A DNA stretch of 64,000 bases. Origin: Bugula neritina (lineage: Eukaryota; Animalia; Bryozoa). The DNA is taken from contig OZ037770.1 in the NCBI GenBank assembly GCA_964035545.1, forward strand, positions 10,558,263 to 10,622,262, written 5' to 3'. Under the pieces are notes generated by a model. The model ran no database searches, had not been told where the DNA came from, and worked only from the letters and a program-made list of their open reading frames with translations. Position 1 is the stretch's first letter. Every line of letters begins with the position of its first letter. Positions 13,750-30,915 of the stretch are shown here, piece by piece. The position numbers were made by a program, and so were the translations under genes.

Positions 13750-13833
13750 CTGTTTACAGGAACACCATGCAACATGAAGTACCATGATGTACCATAAATT
13801 GCTATTAGTCTCTTTAATATTTCCTGTAAACAG
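13750..13833. mobile_element. Tiny MITE-like element with perfect 13-bp inverted termini
   Basis: ctgtttacaggaa ... ttcctgtaaacag. Confidence 0.55.
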
Positions 13834-14433
13834 ACTATACCTGCATGCGTGCAAGCTTACAAATATTTACGTTGGCTTAAAAAGCAGTGAAAAAGGAAAC
13901 TAAAATATCTTAAATGTTACTTAATACTTATTAAAGTCGTGTCAACTTGTTAGAAAGCCTATTATACTAACTATTAGGAGGTCTTGGAAAACTGTTTGTG
14001 TTTTTGTAATACACGATAAAAGATAAACAATTCTTTTTGCTTGACATCAGTTTTTTTATTAACTTCAGGATTTCAGACTCCACTGATGAAAGCTTTACAA
14101 AATTCCTTGCATAGACAAAAGTCGTTTATCTTTAACGGAGAGATTATTACATGATTTCCTTTAACATAATTGCATACCGCACGTCTCATTATATGCAAAA
14201 AAGCCAGCTGATTGGTTAATCTTCATGTAATCCAAGCTTTAATTCCTTACCACTTGGAGATGTGATGGTGGAACCAGGAGGTATTTTTGCAAGGTCCTCC
14301 CACATGGCATTATTTCTTGCTAATCTGAATATATTAAGAGGGAGCAGCAAAGGATACACACATAGTACCTCAAGCTTGAACACAGAGCTGTATATTCTAC
14401 CTGAAAGCAGGCAAAGGAATAGCACAGAAAGTA

Positions 14434-18112
<3,679 letters not shown>

Positions 18113-19325
18113 TAAAATATAATATAACTAAACACGTACCTGAAGTGCACATAAGCTACCTATAGCAGGTTATTTAACAACATCATTATATATTATATAT
18201 AATATATATCTGTTCCTTGTGCAGCAAGCTAAACTATATTATAAGCTTAATTTAATCAACCTTACATTACTTTACAAATTTCCCTACAGACTGTTTTTGA
18301 TACTAGCACCTATAGCATTATTTATATAAAATATCAAAAGAGCTGCTATAGTGTAGTATTAATGTCCTAATATTATTTATGTCTCAAAGATTTTAAAAAT
18401 TTCTATGCAAATGCTATAATTGAAATATTTCTATCTTGTTTTATCTGCATTCATATAATTATAAAAGTGTGTTCTGACTATTTGCAATATTGCAAAAAAC
18501 TTTTCTTATTTTTATATTATTTAAAGATCATAATAAATTATTTTTCACTAATACTTATTTTCTTTATCAATTATGCCAAATACTTTTGAAGTTATCTTTA
18601 CAACAAAACAGCCTCAATTCAATATGAAGTAGATATAGTAACATGCTACCAGGTTCCAAGTGGCACTGTTTACACCAGTGAGTACAGAAGTGCCTCACTT
18701 ATTAGAATGTAATATTGTATATTTTCCAGTTCATTGATCACGCTTATCACCTAGCAATTTATGTACACTGAGACGAGGGAATAACTCTAAATATAGAAGA
18801 CCAGGAGAAATAAATTATATGCTAATATGATATAACACTAAATAAAAACGGCTGTTTAAAACATTCAAAGTAATGCAATATCACATATGACAAAATAACA
18901 AGTCTATATGCGGTTAGAAATAGGGTAGTTATACGTATTATTGCCTGAACTGTATTTAAATCACAATTAACTTTCTTTCATACAAACTATGCATAAATAC
19001 AAGTCTGGCAAGCTAAGCACTCATACTTAACAAGACTCTTGTACTTGAATTTAAATAAAAGTATAGTTAGAAGTGGTTAAAGCGTCTTAAACTATATAAA
19101 TCACCTAAGAAACTTGTTTACAATGTATCTATTGTGTTGTAAAATATTAATCTCCCACAATAATCTGTTTAGGCTGCTGGCTAGATACATTATGTTCTAC
19201 CATATTTCAAAGTAAACTATTGCCGGCAGAAATGTTATGTGTCAACATTTTAGTTTCAACCTTGAATGGAGCATGCTGCTTGATTGAGTAAATTCAAAAA
19301 TAGAAAGCACACTTTTCAAATTGAA

Positions 19326-22300
19326 ATGGGTAAGTTTTTATGAATCTACTTTTAAAATATCATGTACTTCAAAAACGGAATTAATTTAATTTTGTTATTG
19401 TAGTAGTTTTGCAATATTTTTGTACTAAAGTAAAGTTTTATAATTTAAAACTAAACATTATTTTCTATAAAAACTGCTGCTTTCGTTGTTTTACATAAAA
19501 CATTTGCATTTTTTCACTAAATTACATATATAATACGGTGTGTTATCATCTGTAAGCTTTACATTTAGCACTTAATACAGAAACCTTGTATTTTGTTTCA
19601 AAGTATATTAGTTTGAAATTTTCTTTTATTTTTTTACCAATCAATAGTTCACTTACCACAAAAAATGTGGTTAAGCAATTTTCTTGATATTTATAGTTGC
19701 AAAAAGAACCATATCTTAAACAAACACACCATACTTCAAAAAAGTTATTATTCTTTTCTTATAATTCAGACTATTAATTTGCTTTTTTATTGCATAGTAA
19801 ATTAATTTTTGTTGCTTATGAATTTTACAAAGTATTATATAAGCCTATTTAATAAGATATAGTTTTAGATTTGAAGTAAAGACTTATTCATATTTCAGAT
19901 AAAAGAATAACTTTTTTAGTGGTTTGCTGCTGCGGGCTATTACATCACAATGTAAGTTCTGAGAGCCGAAATAAAAGGTAAATATATATGTATGCTTAAG
20001 CTATACAAAGTTGATTAAACTATCAGTTCAACAATATTATTATATAGGTAATTTGGCGGTTTGAAAATTTAGATTTACTAGCTTCAATAATTTCGTAGTT
20101 ATATAGCAGGTCAAAATAAAAAAACTAAATACTACTATATTATAGTATTGTTACTTATGTTGTACGCTAGCTGTTCGACAAATACAATTAAAATGTTGCT
20201 TGGATAATATTTTTGTCAGACAAAAATTTATTATAGCTTGAGATTGTAAATTCAGTTGCTAATTTCTTACACATGTACTATAAATTGATTATTTACAGAT
20301 TTCTACCTCCACCTCTACCTCCACCTTCATTCTGCTCACAGGAATTGGTGTTTTGGTCACAGATGTGCGTTAGATATCTAGCTTACTTAAATGAGTATTA
20401 TATTGTGAGTATATTATAATACTATGTATAATATGATAATGTGTATAATATAATACAACCTAATATGCAATGATGCGATATTGTAATATGCTATACATTG
20501 TGATGGTGTAATATAATTGGACTATATAATATAATATAATGTAATATAATATAATATTATGTAATGTAATTATTATAATATATTGCGATATAAAAATAAT
20601 AATACAATAATTAGTATTAGTGTGTGAGTATACGTTATGTTTTGAAAAGTGAAGCTAGCATATATTCATAGTAAACAAGCACTGTGTTGATTTATTACAT
20701 AAATTAAAATTAATTAAAATTATTTGCACTGATTTACTTGTGATTAGGTAGAATATATGTAGGTTAATTAATCTTAGCAAACATTAAAACCTTGGGCACT
20801 GATTAGCATGCAACAGGATAGTATAGAATACTGTAGTATATTGTTAACCATATATATACTGTTAAATTTTTGGTGTACTGCATGACCTTTTGTGTGTGTA
20901 GAGGTTTACATGTTCCAGTCCGGCTGATCCTCTATTAGTGAAAAACGTTGTTGACTGTGACAGTTTTTTCTCAAAGGTAAGATAACGCATGTGAATTTGA
21001 AAGTTTATATGGTCTATCATTAGCTATAATGGAAAAGGTCAAAAACTCTATTTAAGAATATTGTTGGTGTATCTATATGACTGAATTGCTATTATAATAT
21101 TATATTAAAATATTCCTATTTTAACAAAGTACAGGAGTATTTGCAGTAATTGTTATACCAAAATAAAGAAAGATAGTTAGGCAAAAACACCCAAGCCTTG
21201 AAATATCTATAACAAGTGATGAGTAATTTTATTTTTTATTTTTTGATCTAGCAAATTGATTGAATAATTGAGTAAGTGCAGGAATAGAGAAATTCAGAAA
21301 AGCCTGTGTTCTAGATTATAGAAATGTGGCAAAAGAAGTTATGTTCTTGCAAGAATTTCAACCCACACCCCAGACCAAAATTTAATAAGAAAATCAGAGA
21401 ACCTAAGATACCTCAATTTCTCCAGTACTACACTTATAGCTAGAATAATGATAACTATAACCATGACTACTTTGTATTTATTAGGAAAGAGAGGTCCTAG
21501 TTCAAGAGTTGGAAGAGCACCGCTGTATGCTCAAAGGATTCTTCACATATGGTAAAAATAATGTCTTTGGTAAACTGTTTGACAAGATGCGTTTGGTACT
21601 CCATTCAATAGATGAGTATAGTTTCACTGACTGCGAAGCATACAATGTGAGTTTGAAATTTTAGTCTACTTATATAAAACTATGCTGTTAGTTACAGTAG
21701 CCAAATACCCCGATTGGCTTTATGACGTTCAAATTTATGTTTCGGCATAACTTATAAACTTTTAGAGGAATTTATTGTTAGGGAACATACTAAGCATAAA
21801 TTATAATATAATTATATTATAATATGTTTATATAGCAGTTGTTGAAACAAACCTGGTGAAAAATTTGATAGCATGCCATGAATGTGTAAGCAACTTTGTA
21901 AATTTCTTTCAAGTATAAGATTGAAATTGCACTCAAAGATTTAACTGAGGGAAGTAAATAAAATGCACATAATACAGTTTGCTGCATAACAACTTAATTT
22001 TAAAGCTTTTTAACTCTGTAAAATAATCTTACAAGCATAATTCATTATATATTTTAAGTTTTACTTTGTGAACTATCTTGGATACAGCCTTATAGTTATA
22101 TAGTCCTAATTAATAAGCAAAGTGGTCTATCATGTAACATTATCTAGCAAATATACTGCTAATAATTTGCTATAAATCAATAAAAATCTCTAAATATATA
22201 AATGCAAAGCATGCAAATAACTTTTAATGTTGCCATGGCTTCTTTAATAAAAGTTATTAATAGTAAAAATATTATATTATAAAAGTTAAAATAAAAAAAT

Positions 22301-22792
22301 ATTTTTTTTTGAAAATGTACTCAAAGTTTGAACAACACTTTTAATGTCTTTGTGAACATGTGTGTTAATTGAAAAAATGTAATATTTCGAATTTGAAATT
22401 ATTAATAATTATGTTTTGTAACCATACGTTTTTAGTTTAAGAAAACCTATACATTTCAATCAAACATTCTGAAAGAAAACAAAAACTATAATTTTGTTCC
22501 TAATTATAGAACTAATGAAATTTTTTTGTAACCTCATAATCAAGTAACCATTGATCATCATAACATATTCGAAAACACAATCTCTCCCATTAATGCATTA
22601 TTCAAATATAGCTTATTGTCTGAATTTCAGAAAAGGTTTCAATTAGTGCAGGAACACAAGAAAGCATATGATGACCATTTAATTCCACTGTATGAAATGG
22701 TTAGCTGTATCCAGAAGGCATGCAGCAAAACCTACACTGCCGAGTTTATGAGAACAACCGGCTGCACTCAACATATTGTATTGGATCTTTAA
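19326..22792 (+). CDS. Orphan Cys-containing, probably secreted protein, 173 aa, 6 coding exons
   Basis: Exons 19326-19329 (ATGG|GTAAGT), 19899-19951, 20299-20364, 20902-20976, 21485-21646 and 22631-22792. Phases are 1/0/0/0/0, total 522 nt, open. Protein: MDKRITFLVVCCCGLL...RFTCSSPADPLLVKNVVDCDSFFSKEREVLVQELEEHRCMLKGFF...MVSCIQKACSKTYTAEFMRTTGCTQHIVLDL*. The frame of exon 3 is the weakest part of the model. Confidence 0.7.
21275..21434. mobile_element. MITE family A copy
   Basis: TA|agtgcaggaatagagaaatt ... aatttctccagtactacact|TA. The interior is shared with the copy at 30670. Confidence 0.75.
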
Positions 22793-23017
22793 CCTGGAAG
22801 AATCCTATTAAACCTTTAAGTTTGAAAAATGTCATATGAGTTGATCAGATATTTGTAAAAATCAGAAAATTGAAAAGTTCAAGTTTATTATATAAATGCA
22901 TTATATTTTTTCATATTATAATTTACTATTAATATCAATTCCAAATGATAAATATCTTTATTAAGGTCTGCCAATGAGCGTTGTAAGTTTTTTAAAAACG
23001 AGCTCGATTAATTCTTT

Positions 23018-23288
23018 TTAAGGCTCGCATCAAATGCTAGTGAACAAGTGCTATTCTGTGTATAAATATACTAAAGTAAAATGCAACCATCTACTCTAAT
23101 ATCGTATTATCGTATAGTTGCAAATAATAAATATGCTCAATAAATTATATGCCAACATATATATGATATTTTATAGTTACTTGAAAATAGGCTCAATTAG
23201 TTTTAAGGCCTGAAGTTAATGCCAGTGGGCAAGTGCTATACCCTATGTAAACGTACTATTGGAAAAATGCAATCATCCACTGTAATAC
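23018..23288 (+). repeat. Diverged ~85-bp direct repeat pair
   Basis: aatgctagtgaacaagtgcta..aaaatgcaaccatctactctaat versus aatgccagtgggcaagtgcta..aaaatgcaatcatccactgtaat. Confidence 0.7.
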
Positions 23289-23591
23289 ATAATAAGAAAT
23301 TATATTGCATATTATTCATATATACATAATCATTAATTCTGTTAAAACACTCGTATACTATTAGTTGTCTTTTCATGTCTAAAAGTCAAGAACAGATAAC
23401 TTCTTATTATAATGATACATATTTTCTTATTTTCCACTGCATGGATTATAATTTTCTTTACTATTTGCATATATTATCCTGTAAATTTCATATATGTTTT
23501 CAACGCAGTGCACTATACATATTTAAGTCAACTAGACTATCTTTTTGATAAAAAGTATTTTCAATTACTGCACGGCTAAGCACAAAGCCAT

Positions 23592-23780
23592 ATAGTTTTA
23601 TAAAACCCACGGAATTTTATAGTCACCATCTCTGGGAGAAACCCCTGGTGGAAGACTTTTTTGGTAAATTGGGCTAGGGACTTATTCAGATAGGGCACAA
23701 GAGCAATTATGACTAGATGCTCTTTCTAACATCACCAATGGCCTTTGTCAAGGCTCAAGCCTATGACTTTGTGCTTACTA
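23592..23780 (-). mobile_element. SINE family 1 copy
   Basis: tttatagtcaccatc..gacttattcagatagggcacaagagcaattatgactagatgctct..catcaccaatggcc. Confidence 0.8.
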
Positions 23781-24197
23781 GCTTTATAGCCTTATGCTGT
23801 ATCTTTATTATAAATGCAAATGCGGCAAAAAAAATATTGTTATACCATAAATACTTTTTTCGGAATGCGTTTCATTTTATAAGAATTCATTATTGTGAAA
23901 ACTATAGTTGATCAATGGACATTTAACTATTTCATTCAAGCAATTGATGTTTGTATTGAAATGCATGTATTTTATGTCAAGTTATGCTAGGAAAAATATC
24001 ATCAAAGCATGTAAACATAGCATCAACATTAACAAAAAAGTGGCAATTCTATTGTCAAGAATATAAATAAATAATATGTCAAAGAATTGATTGCTTTTTA
24101 AAAATCTAAGCTACATTATATTATATACTGACATATCTGAGTAGAGGTATTAGCAGAGAAGTTGAGATTTTGATTTGTTAAAATTTGTAATAATAAA

Positions 24198-25357
24198 ATG
24201 CAAGTAGAAAGAAAAGTCATGCCGTTTGCTTTACCAAGTGTGATATGCTATTTATGCATTTGCTGCACAAAGGTATGTCGAGACTGATCTTATTATTAAT
24301 ATAAATCTTAAACTATAATTAATTATATCTAAACAAAAGTATTTTTTAGTAGTTGTCAAAATATGTATAGATTTGAAATATGCAAAAATTAAAATTAGAC
24401 ATTTAAAGCAGAGTAGGACTAGTTGAGCCAAAAATTGGTATTGAAACAATAAATGCGTAAAAATTTTACTCACTAAGATAGAGCCAAATTTTCACCTGTT
24501 TTTCCGCCCATTTTTTGGTGGTGAAGGGCAATTTGAACCATTTTGTGAGAAAGTTAAACCAGTGATATTTATCTTGTAATATAAATTAATATAAATTGTT
24601 TTAATGTTTTATCTAAAGCTGAAAAGTGATTTATTGAAATTTAACAATAAAAAACATAAAAATGAATTGAAATAAACAAATTAATAACCAAAACACTTAA
24701 TGCGATATATGTAATTGTAGCCATTTAGTATCTCAAAGAGAGGTGCTGTAGGTGTTTCGGAATCTATAAGCAGTAACAGCGGTAAAAACTGCTTTTAAAA
24801 GCTTTCAAAAATTGTCTTTCTGAAATTCATTTTTAAACAAGTTATACATATATATGATGTGGTTCCTTTCATATAACATAAGAAAATACACAACCCGTAA
24901 GTTGTAATGTTAATGTATAACATAGGCAGATATCAATTCCATCTTGATGGTAAAACAGCCTGATGGCAGTTGTGTGACTCAAGCAGATCAGACTGTGGAA
25001 CAAGTTCATAGTCTGAGAAAGTGTGTGAAAGAATGCCTGAGATCAAACATTGACTGTCAAGGAGTTACCTACGATGATACTGGAGCCAAGTGTGTTCTAT
25101 CAAGAGAGACAACTCTAAAAACATGTGACAGTGGTGGGTCTTCTGTAACCTACATCACTAGCAAGAAATTAGAGTCATCTGTTGATACCAGAACAACAGC
25201 TGCACAAACAGCAGCAACAGCAGCTATAGCATCAACAACTACCATCACTGACTCTACCGATACTACACAGCAAAGTACTGAGACTGTAGCTAGTAGTTCA
25301 ACTACCAAATCCAGCTTTGGACAACAAGTTAATGATTTTATTAACTCTTGGGGTTAA
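24198..25357 (+). CDS. Second secreted PAN/apple-domain protein with Ser/Thr-rich tail (paralog of gene 1)
   Basis: Signal exon 24198 (or 24219)-24272 ending AAG|GTATGT, phase 0 as in gene 1, then exon 24926-25357. KQPDGSCVTQ..SLRKCVKECL..CQGVTYDD..C.LSRETTL aligns with gene 1. The 3' end is uncertain because a weak donor near 25328 could extend it. Confidence 0.75.
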
Positions 25358-26140
25358 AGTTGCAGCAACATGGCAGAAATTTATTATAAGCCACTTTTGA
25401 GTTGAAAAAAAAGCATGATTGCGCTATTATCAAAACACTAACACTATTTTGTTTAAATATATAATATTGGTATGTCTGAAAAATAAAATGGTTATAACAT
25501 CTTCAGTGGTCTTACTCTATGTGTATATACAAATGTTCTACCACATGTGCGTATATGACCGGCTTTTACAATTGTTGAGCATGAATTATTTTCCTAAACA
25601 TAGCTGAAATTGATTCGTTAACTATACATTGTACACAATTATGTATTTGAAGTTACCATTGAAACCAATTGATTTTTAGATCAAAGCTGTTGACTCATTG
25701 AAGTCTAAATATTTACATTACCACTTTCTCACTGAGGTGACTGAATTTCTGTATGTTAGAATAATCATAATTAAATATAAGGTCATGCTTGCTTACAGAC
25801 ATTTTGTCATAAAATATTAGTAAATTTTCCACATGTTGCATTGCATCCCTGTTCCAACTTATGAGTATTCTATAACAATTATAATGGCAATTTATTTATA
25901 CCTTATCATACTCCCAGCTTAGCCCTACTAATGCATATATGTATACAAACTATAGTATATACCAGCAGATGTTACATCAATGAGCTGGTCAATTAGTCAT
26001 CATAGATGCTCTATAGCTACCAGTTCCAGCATTTAGACACTACAATATATATTATAACTATTCATGCAGCGTAAACTCCTAGTGAGTGCATGGAGTGTCA
26101 GTTTGAGAAAATAACTCTTGAGCTATGAAGTTTGAGAAAA

Positions 26141-26670
26141 ACAAGAGAGATAACTCTAAAATCATGTGACAGTGGTACTTCTTCTGTAACCTACATCACT
26201 AGCAATGATTTGGAGTCATCTGTTGATGACAGAACATTAGCTGTTGCAACATCTACTGATACCAAAACAATCTCTGCTAGTATAACCACAACAATGTCTA
26301 CTGGCACCACAACAATGTCTACCATGGTACCACAGCAGTGTCTACTAGTACCACAACAATGTCTACTGGTACCACAGCAGTGTCTACTAGTACCACAACA
26401 ATGTCTACTAGTACCACAACAATGTCTACTGGCACCACAACAATGTCTACCATGGTACCACAGCAGTGTCTACTAGTACCACAACAATATCTACTGGTAC
26501 CACAACAGTATCTACTAGTACCACAACAACAGCAGTTGTAACAGCAACAAGTAATCAGAATGATGCAACAGCCATAGTTATACTGCTGCTCAAGCAGCTA
26601 ATGATCTTTTTGGACTTTTGGGTTATTATTACAAAAAACACAATATCAAATGTTTGTAAAAAATAAAATG
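26141..26670 (+). pseudogene. 5'-truncated tandem duplicate of the PAN exon with frameshifted Thr-rich minisatellite
   Basis: 26141-26235 closely matches 25101-25195 (REITLKSCDSGTSSVTYITS vs RETTLKTCDSGGSSVTYITS) but lacks the upstream PAN cysteines. Its 3' end also resembles 25320-25357. Confidence 0.7.
26285..26530 (+). repeat. 21-bp minisatellite (accacaacaatgtctactagt), about 12 units, two 23-bp variants
   Basis: Directly visible. It encodes TTTMSTS in one frame and VPQQCLL in another. Confidence 0.95.
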
Positions 26671-26815
26671 CCTGTGAAACCTTCATTAGTTTTGATTTAT
26701 ATGCCTAGACAAATTTTACAACTCTTCCACTGCTTTTATTTAAATTAAATTTTAAACTACACCTCCTGCGTGATTTCGATTTGTTTATATAATGTATAAA
26801 CATATTTACGTATAT

Positions 26816-26993
26816 ACAGCTGTAGTTTAGGGGTTAGAGCATTTGCCTAGTAAACATGAGGTCATGGGTGATGTTAGGAAGAGCATCCAGTCATAATTAT
26901 TGCTTCTGTGCCTCATTTAAATAAGTCCTTAGCCCCCTTCAACAAAAACTCTTTTTATCAGGGGTTTTTCACAGGAATAGCGGTTATAAACTT
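26816..26993 (+). mobile_element. SINE family 1 copy with internal deletion
   Basis: gtttaggggttagagcatttgcctagtaaacatgaggtcatggg|tgatgttaggaagagcatccagtcataatt. Confidence 0.8.
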
Positions 26994-27049
26994 CCGTAAA
27001 ATTTTTTATTAAAATAATTGTATAAGCTTTCATTTTTAATAAGTAATAC

Positions 27050-27051
<2 letters not shown>

Positions 27052-27111
<60 letters not shown>

Positions 27112-27155
27112 CGCGTGTGCGTGTGCGTGTGCGTGTGCGTGTGTGTGTGTGTGTG
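27052..27155. repeat. Compound (TA)n(TG)n(TGCGTG)n microsatellite
   Basis: Directly visible alternating purine-pyrimidine tract. Confidence 0.95.
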
Positions 27156-29988
27156 TCTTTCTTAGGTTGAGAAGATAACTGTCATCATATTTGATCACAA
27201 ACTAATCAGCTGATGATAATAAAGAGAATTTAATTGTGGGCTATATGGGCATACTTTCACAGTTACAGTTGCAGTTTCCAGTTACAGTTCCTAGGTCTTC
27301 TGGCTTCTCAACTGTTGCTATCATCCTTGCCTTGCATTCATGTTCTAGATAACACTTGCACATCTGCAAGATGTCTCTTTTCTTCAAGCAGTATAATGTT
27401 TCATATGTCTCTGTGCCTTCTCGAAGTTATTTACGAATACCAAAAATTGAATGAAATTAAAATGACCTCTTTCAAGTGGAATATCTGCAAAAAATACACC
27501 GGTTGTGTATTAGTTTCCGGAAACCAATTCATATAGAAAATGAAAAAGTTTCAAACATTGAAAAAGCAACCTTTGTTAATAATATCTATGCTTATAGTTT
27601 TCCCTAGTCTACCAATACTACAAACACATTATAATATAAAAATGTTCCTACAACTTGGGAATTGGGCAAAAGAGCTAAAACTTAAAAAGAAATTTATTAT
27701 TTATTAAGCTATTTGCATGTCAATATATTCACCAAGTTTTTATATCAGCGCAGATAGTGCATATTGTTTGAGCACAAATGCTTTATGCTGCTGCAACATG
27801 AATGCTGTTGCCTGAACTATTATATTGATTATTGCCAACAGAGTATATTCTTTCATTTTAAAAACTGTAACTTGAGAGCATAAAAAATCTAGTTTACAGA
27901 GGTCATTGCATACAAACTTTTCACATCATTTTAAACCAAAGATAATATTCATTCGTTGAAATTATTTTACTTTTGAGTTGAAAGTTATGTGAACAATCTT
28001 TGTGCAGAATAAAATTTTAAGTAAATATGGCTTAGCTCAATCTTCTCCTTCACTGTTATTAAGAGATATACCAATTCATTCAATAATTGTGATATATAAG
28101 CAACAAAGAAGCTCCTGTTATAGTTATCAGTGTATAATGTGTGATACAAAGCAAGCAGTCTGGCTATATTAGAATGATTCTAAAATGTGAATAAGTAACT
28201 AGTGTTCTAATATAATATCTTATCAAAATAACAAAAAACCGACAAAATAGAGCTATTGGAACATTTATAGTTCCACTACTTAACCATGTCAAATGCAACA
28301 GAGCATATTATACTAGCAAGATTTTTATCAAGATAAAAGTACTACTATAATATAACATAGTGACTGATATATATTGTTTTGGATTTGGTCACCATTGTTG
28401 TTTTAATTTGCATTTCATTAGATATGAGAGGATAACTCCATGACACATACAAAAAATACAGCAGCTGACCAAATGGAAAACATTTATATAATTTGTTTAG
28501 GTTTTAAACTATATTATATTTTCATAGTTGTACTTTAAATAATTGAAAATCTTATTGAATTTATTAAATGACTGTTGCAGTGTAATATATATGGTATTTT
28601 CTTTACTTATAATATTATGCTATTAAAGCTGTTGGAATAAATGTACATGCAACAACAAGTTTTGTAAGATTATTTACTCTCATTCCATGTGATGCAACCA
28701 GCGGTGAATCAAAAGTGTAGACTTTGTACTCTATTAAAGTTTATGCAAATGGCATAAACAAAAGTATAATTAATAGATATACTGTGATCACATTAGGCTG
28801 TTATATAAATTAATATGTTGAGCAAATTTACATAAGTTGCAATAGTTCCAACCTGTGAATATAATTTATTATACTTTGACACAAAAACCTATGATTCATA
28901 GTTGTTTGGTGGCAACATATATTAGCCAATGAAATCACTATAATATGCATTATATTCCATTTTCATGTACCATGCAGTAAAACTAATATACAATGTATAG
29001 TGATTGTTACATGTCCTACAGTGTATGGACAGGTTTTCATGCACCTGCGAGTAAGGTAAAGTTATATAGTCTTTGGTAGTCTATAAGAAAGGATTTTACT
29101 CTATCTTTTATTTTCATTAGGCCATACATGCATATATTGTTAAATCATAAGAGGAAACAATTATCATTACCTGCTTCTAAAATTATTATATATGAAGTTT
29201 TTGCTTTGAAAGAAGTTTACTGCAAAACAATTTACTATAGTTGACTTTATTACTGCTATATATTAGTGACAAATTTGATCAGTCTATTTACAAAAAGAAT
29301 TTTACATAATGCAGTATCTCTAATTGTCTTTAGCTACTTTTTACAATTTTGCTGCTAACATAAATGTCTTTGACGCGAAATTATTAAAATATTACTAAAT
29401 ACAACTAAAAGTAAAGATAACGAGTTTTTTTCTCATTTCGATTGATTTCCTATATATATATATATATATGCTTTTTTCTATAAAGGCTTCAGTGAAATGG
29501 GATCTGCAGATTGTGATGAAAAAACCATCACTGGTCCTGGTATATATAATGCAGTACTTGGTTTATATATGCGACAATCACGCCATTGCAATTCAATGTT
29601 GCGGGACAGCTTCTCTCAGCCATCCTTTTGTTATGGACAGTTAGAATAAAAACATAAAATTTTTCCATATAGTAAATTCTCATGAATTTTGAGCAAACTT
29701 CAGGTTTTGGTCGTAATTTACTGATATGTACGCTAAATGAAGTTAAATGACCCACTGTAAATGTTTTCTAGTTCTATGAGAGACTTTGACATTTAGTTTT
29801 AGAAGTTAAGACATGTATATGGCTATACATAATGAGTTGTAATTTATAAGCTGCAGTTGTAGTTTCTGTTATTTTACTTGGCCAAATCAACTAGTCAAAA
29901 AAATTGGAAAATACCATGAAAATATTGGAAAAACTGTATTCATGTTTAATCTGATGCACGGGGCATTTGTATTACTAAAATGTTACAT

Positions 29989-30104
<116 letters not shown>

Positions 30105-30669
30105 TTGTAAGACTGGAGCTGTAGCTGTATATAGTTAACATCCCCTTCTAATTCAGAGACACTAAAATGAAACAAAACCTTGTTTTAAATATAAAGGAAG
30201 GTGCCAATACTCACAAATTTATAAATAGATGCAGTTCTTTTGAATTATAACTGATTGTTTAGAAAAGTACAGGCCTTAATCAGGCTATAAGAACTATGAG
30301 TTATTAGGTCTAATAAATAGCCTACACTGAAAAAAAACTAGAAAGAATTGTTGATTTAGTTGCTTTGGGAAAAAACGCTAACCAAAGAACTATTTAAGTA
30401 TAGATGCAAACTTGTTTTTTGCAGTGCACAATATAATATATAGAGTGTCTCTCAAATTAAAGTGGGTCATCTGTGTTTATAATAGTAATTCATGCAATGC
30501 TAGTTAAAGCGATACCATGCTTTGTAAAAGCTCCTTTTTGATATGATATCATACATTGGCTGATCAAAACAAAACTCTTCTTCATAGGAGGCTTTTCTCA
30601 ATTTATATAGCATTTCAGCAAAAAAATGTCCAATTGTTTAATTGTGATGCCTGACAAAATACTGCAGTA

Positions 30670-30813
30670 GGTGCAGTAGTGGAGAAATCAAGAGAAAGCT
30701 GTGTTCCAGCTTAGAAATGTAGCAAGAGAAGTTATATAGCCTATGTGTCCCAAACAAAACTTTAATACAACAATTAAAAACTTATACTATCTCAATTTCT
30801 CCACTACTGCTCC
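30670..30813. mobile_element. MITE family A copy (best-preserved TIRs)
   Basis: TA|ggtgcagtagtggagaaat ... atttctccactactgctcc|TA: 18/19 TIR match with TA flanks, which suggests the Tc1/mariner type. Confidence 0.85.
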
Positions 30814-30915
30814 TAAATGGTAAATATAAATGCGCTTTTGCTTCCTGTTTCAGTGTATTACAGCTAGAAGATCCTTTGCCCTTTACTAAAGAAAACCATT
30901 GCTTATATTTTAGTT

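Noticed and set aside
26285-26530. Regular short repeats that might suggest a CRISPR array
   Set aside because: The units are head-to-tail with no unique spacers, the context is eukaryotic, and no cas genes are present.
29486-29650. Open + frame (MGSADCDEKTITGPG...) as an extra first exon of MS4A copy 1
   Set aside because: The donor is weak and no counterpart was found upstream of copy 2.
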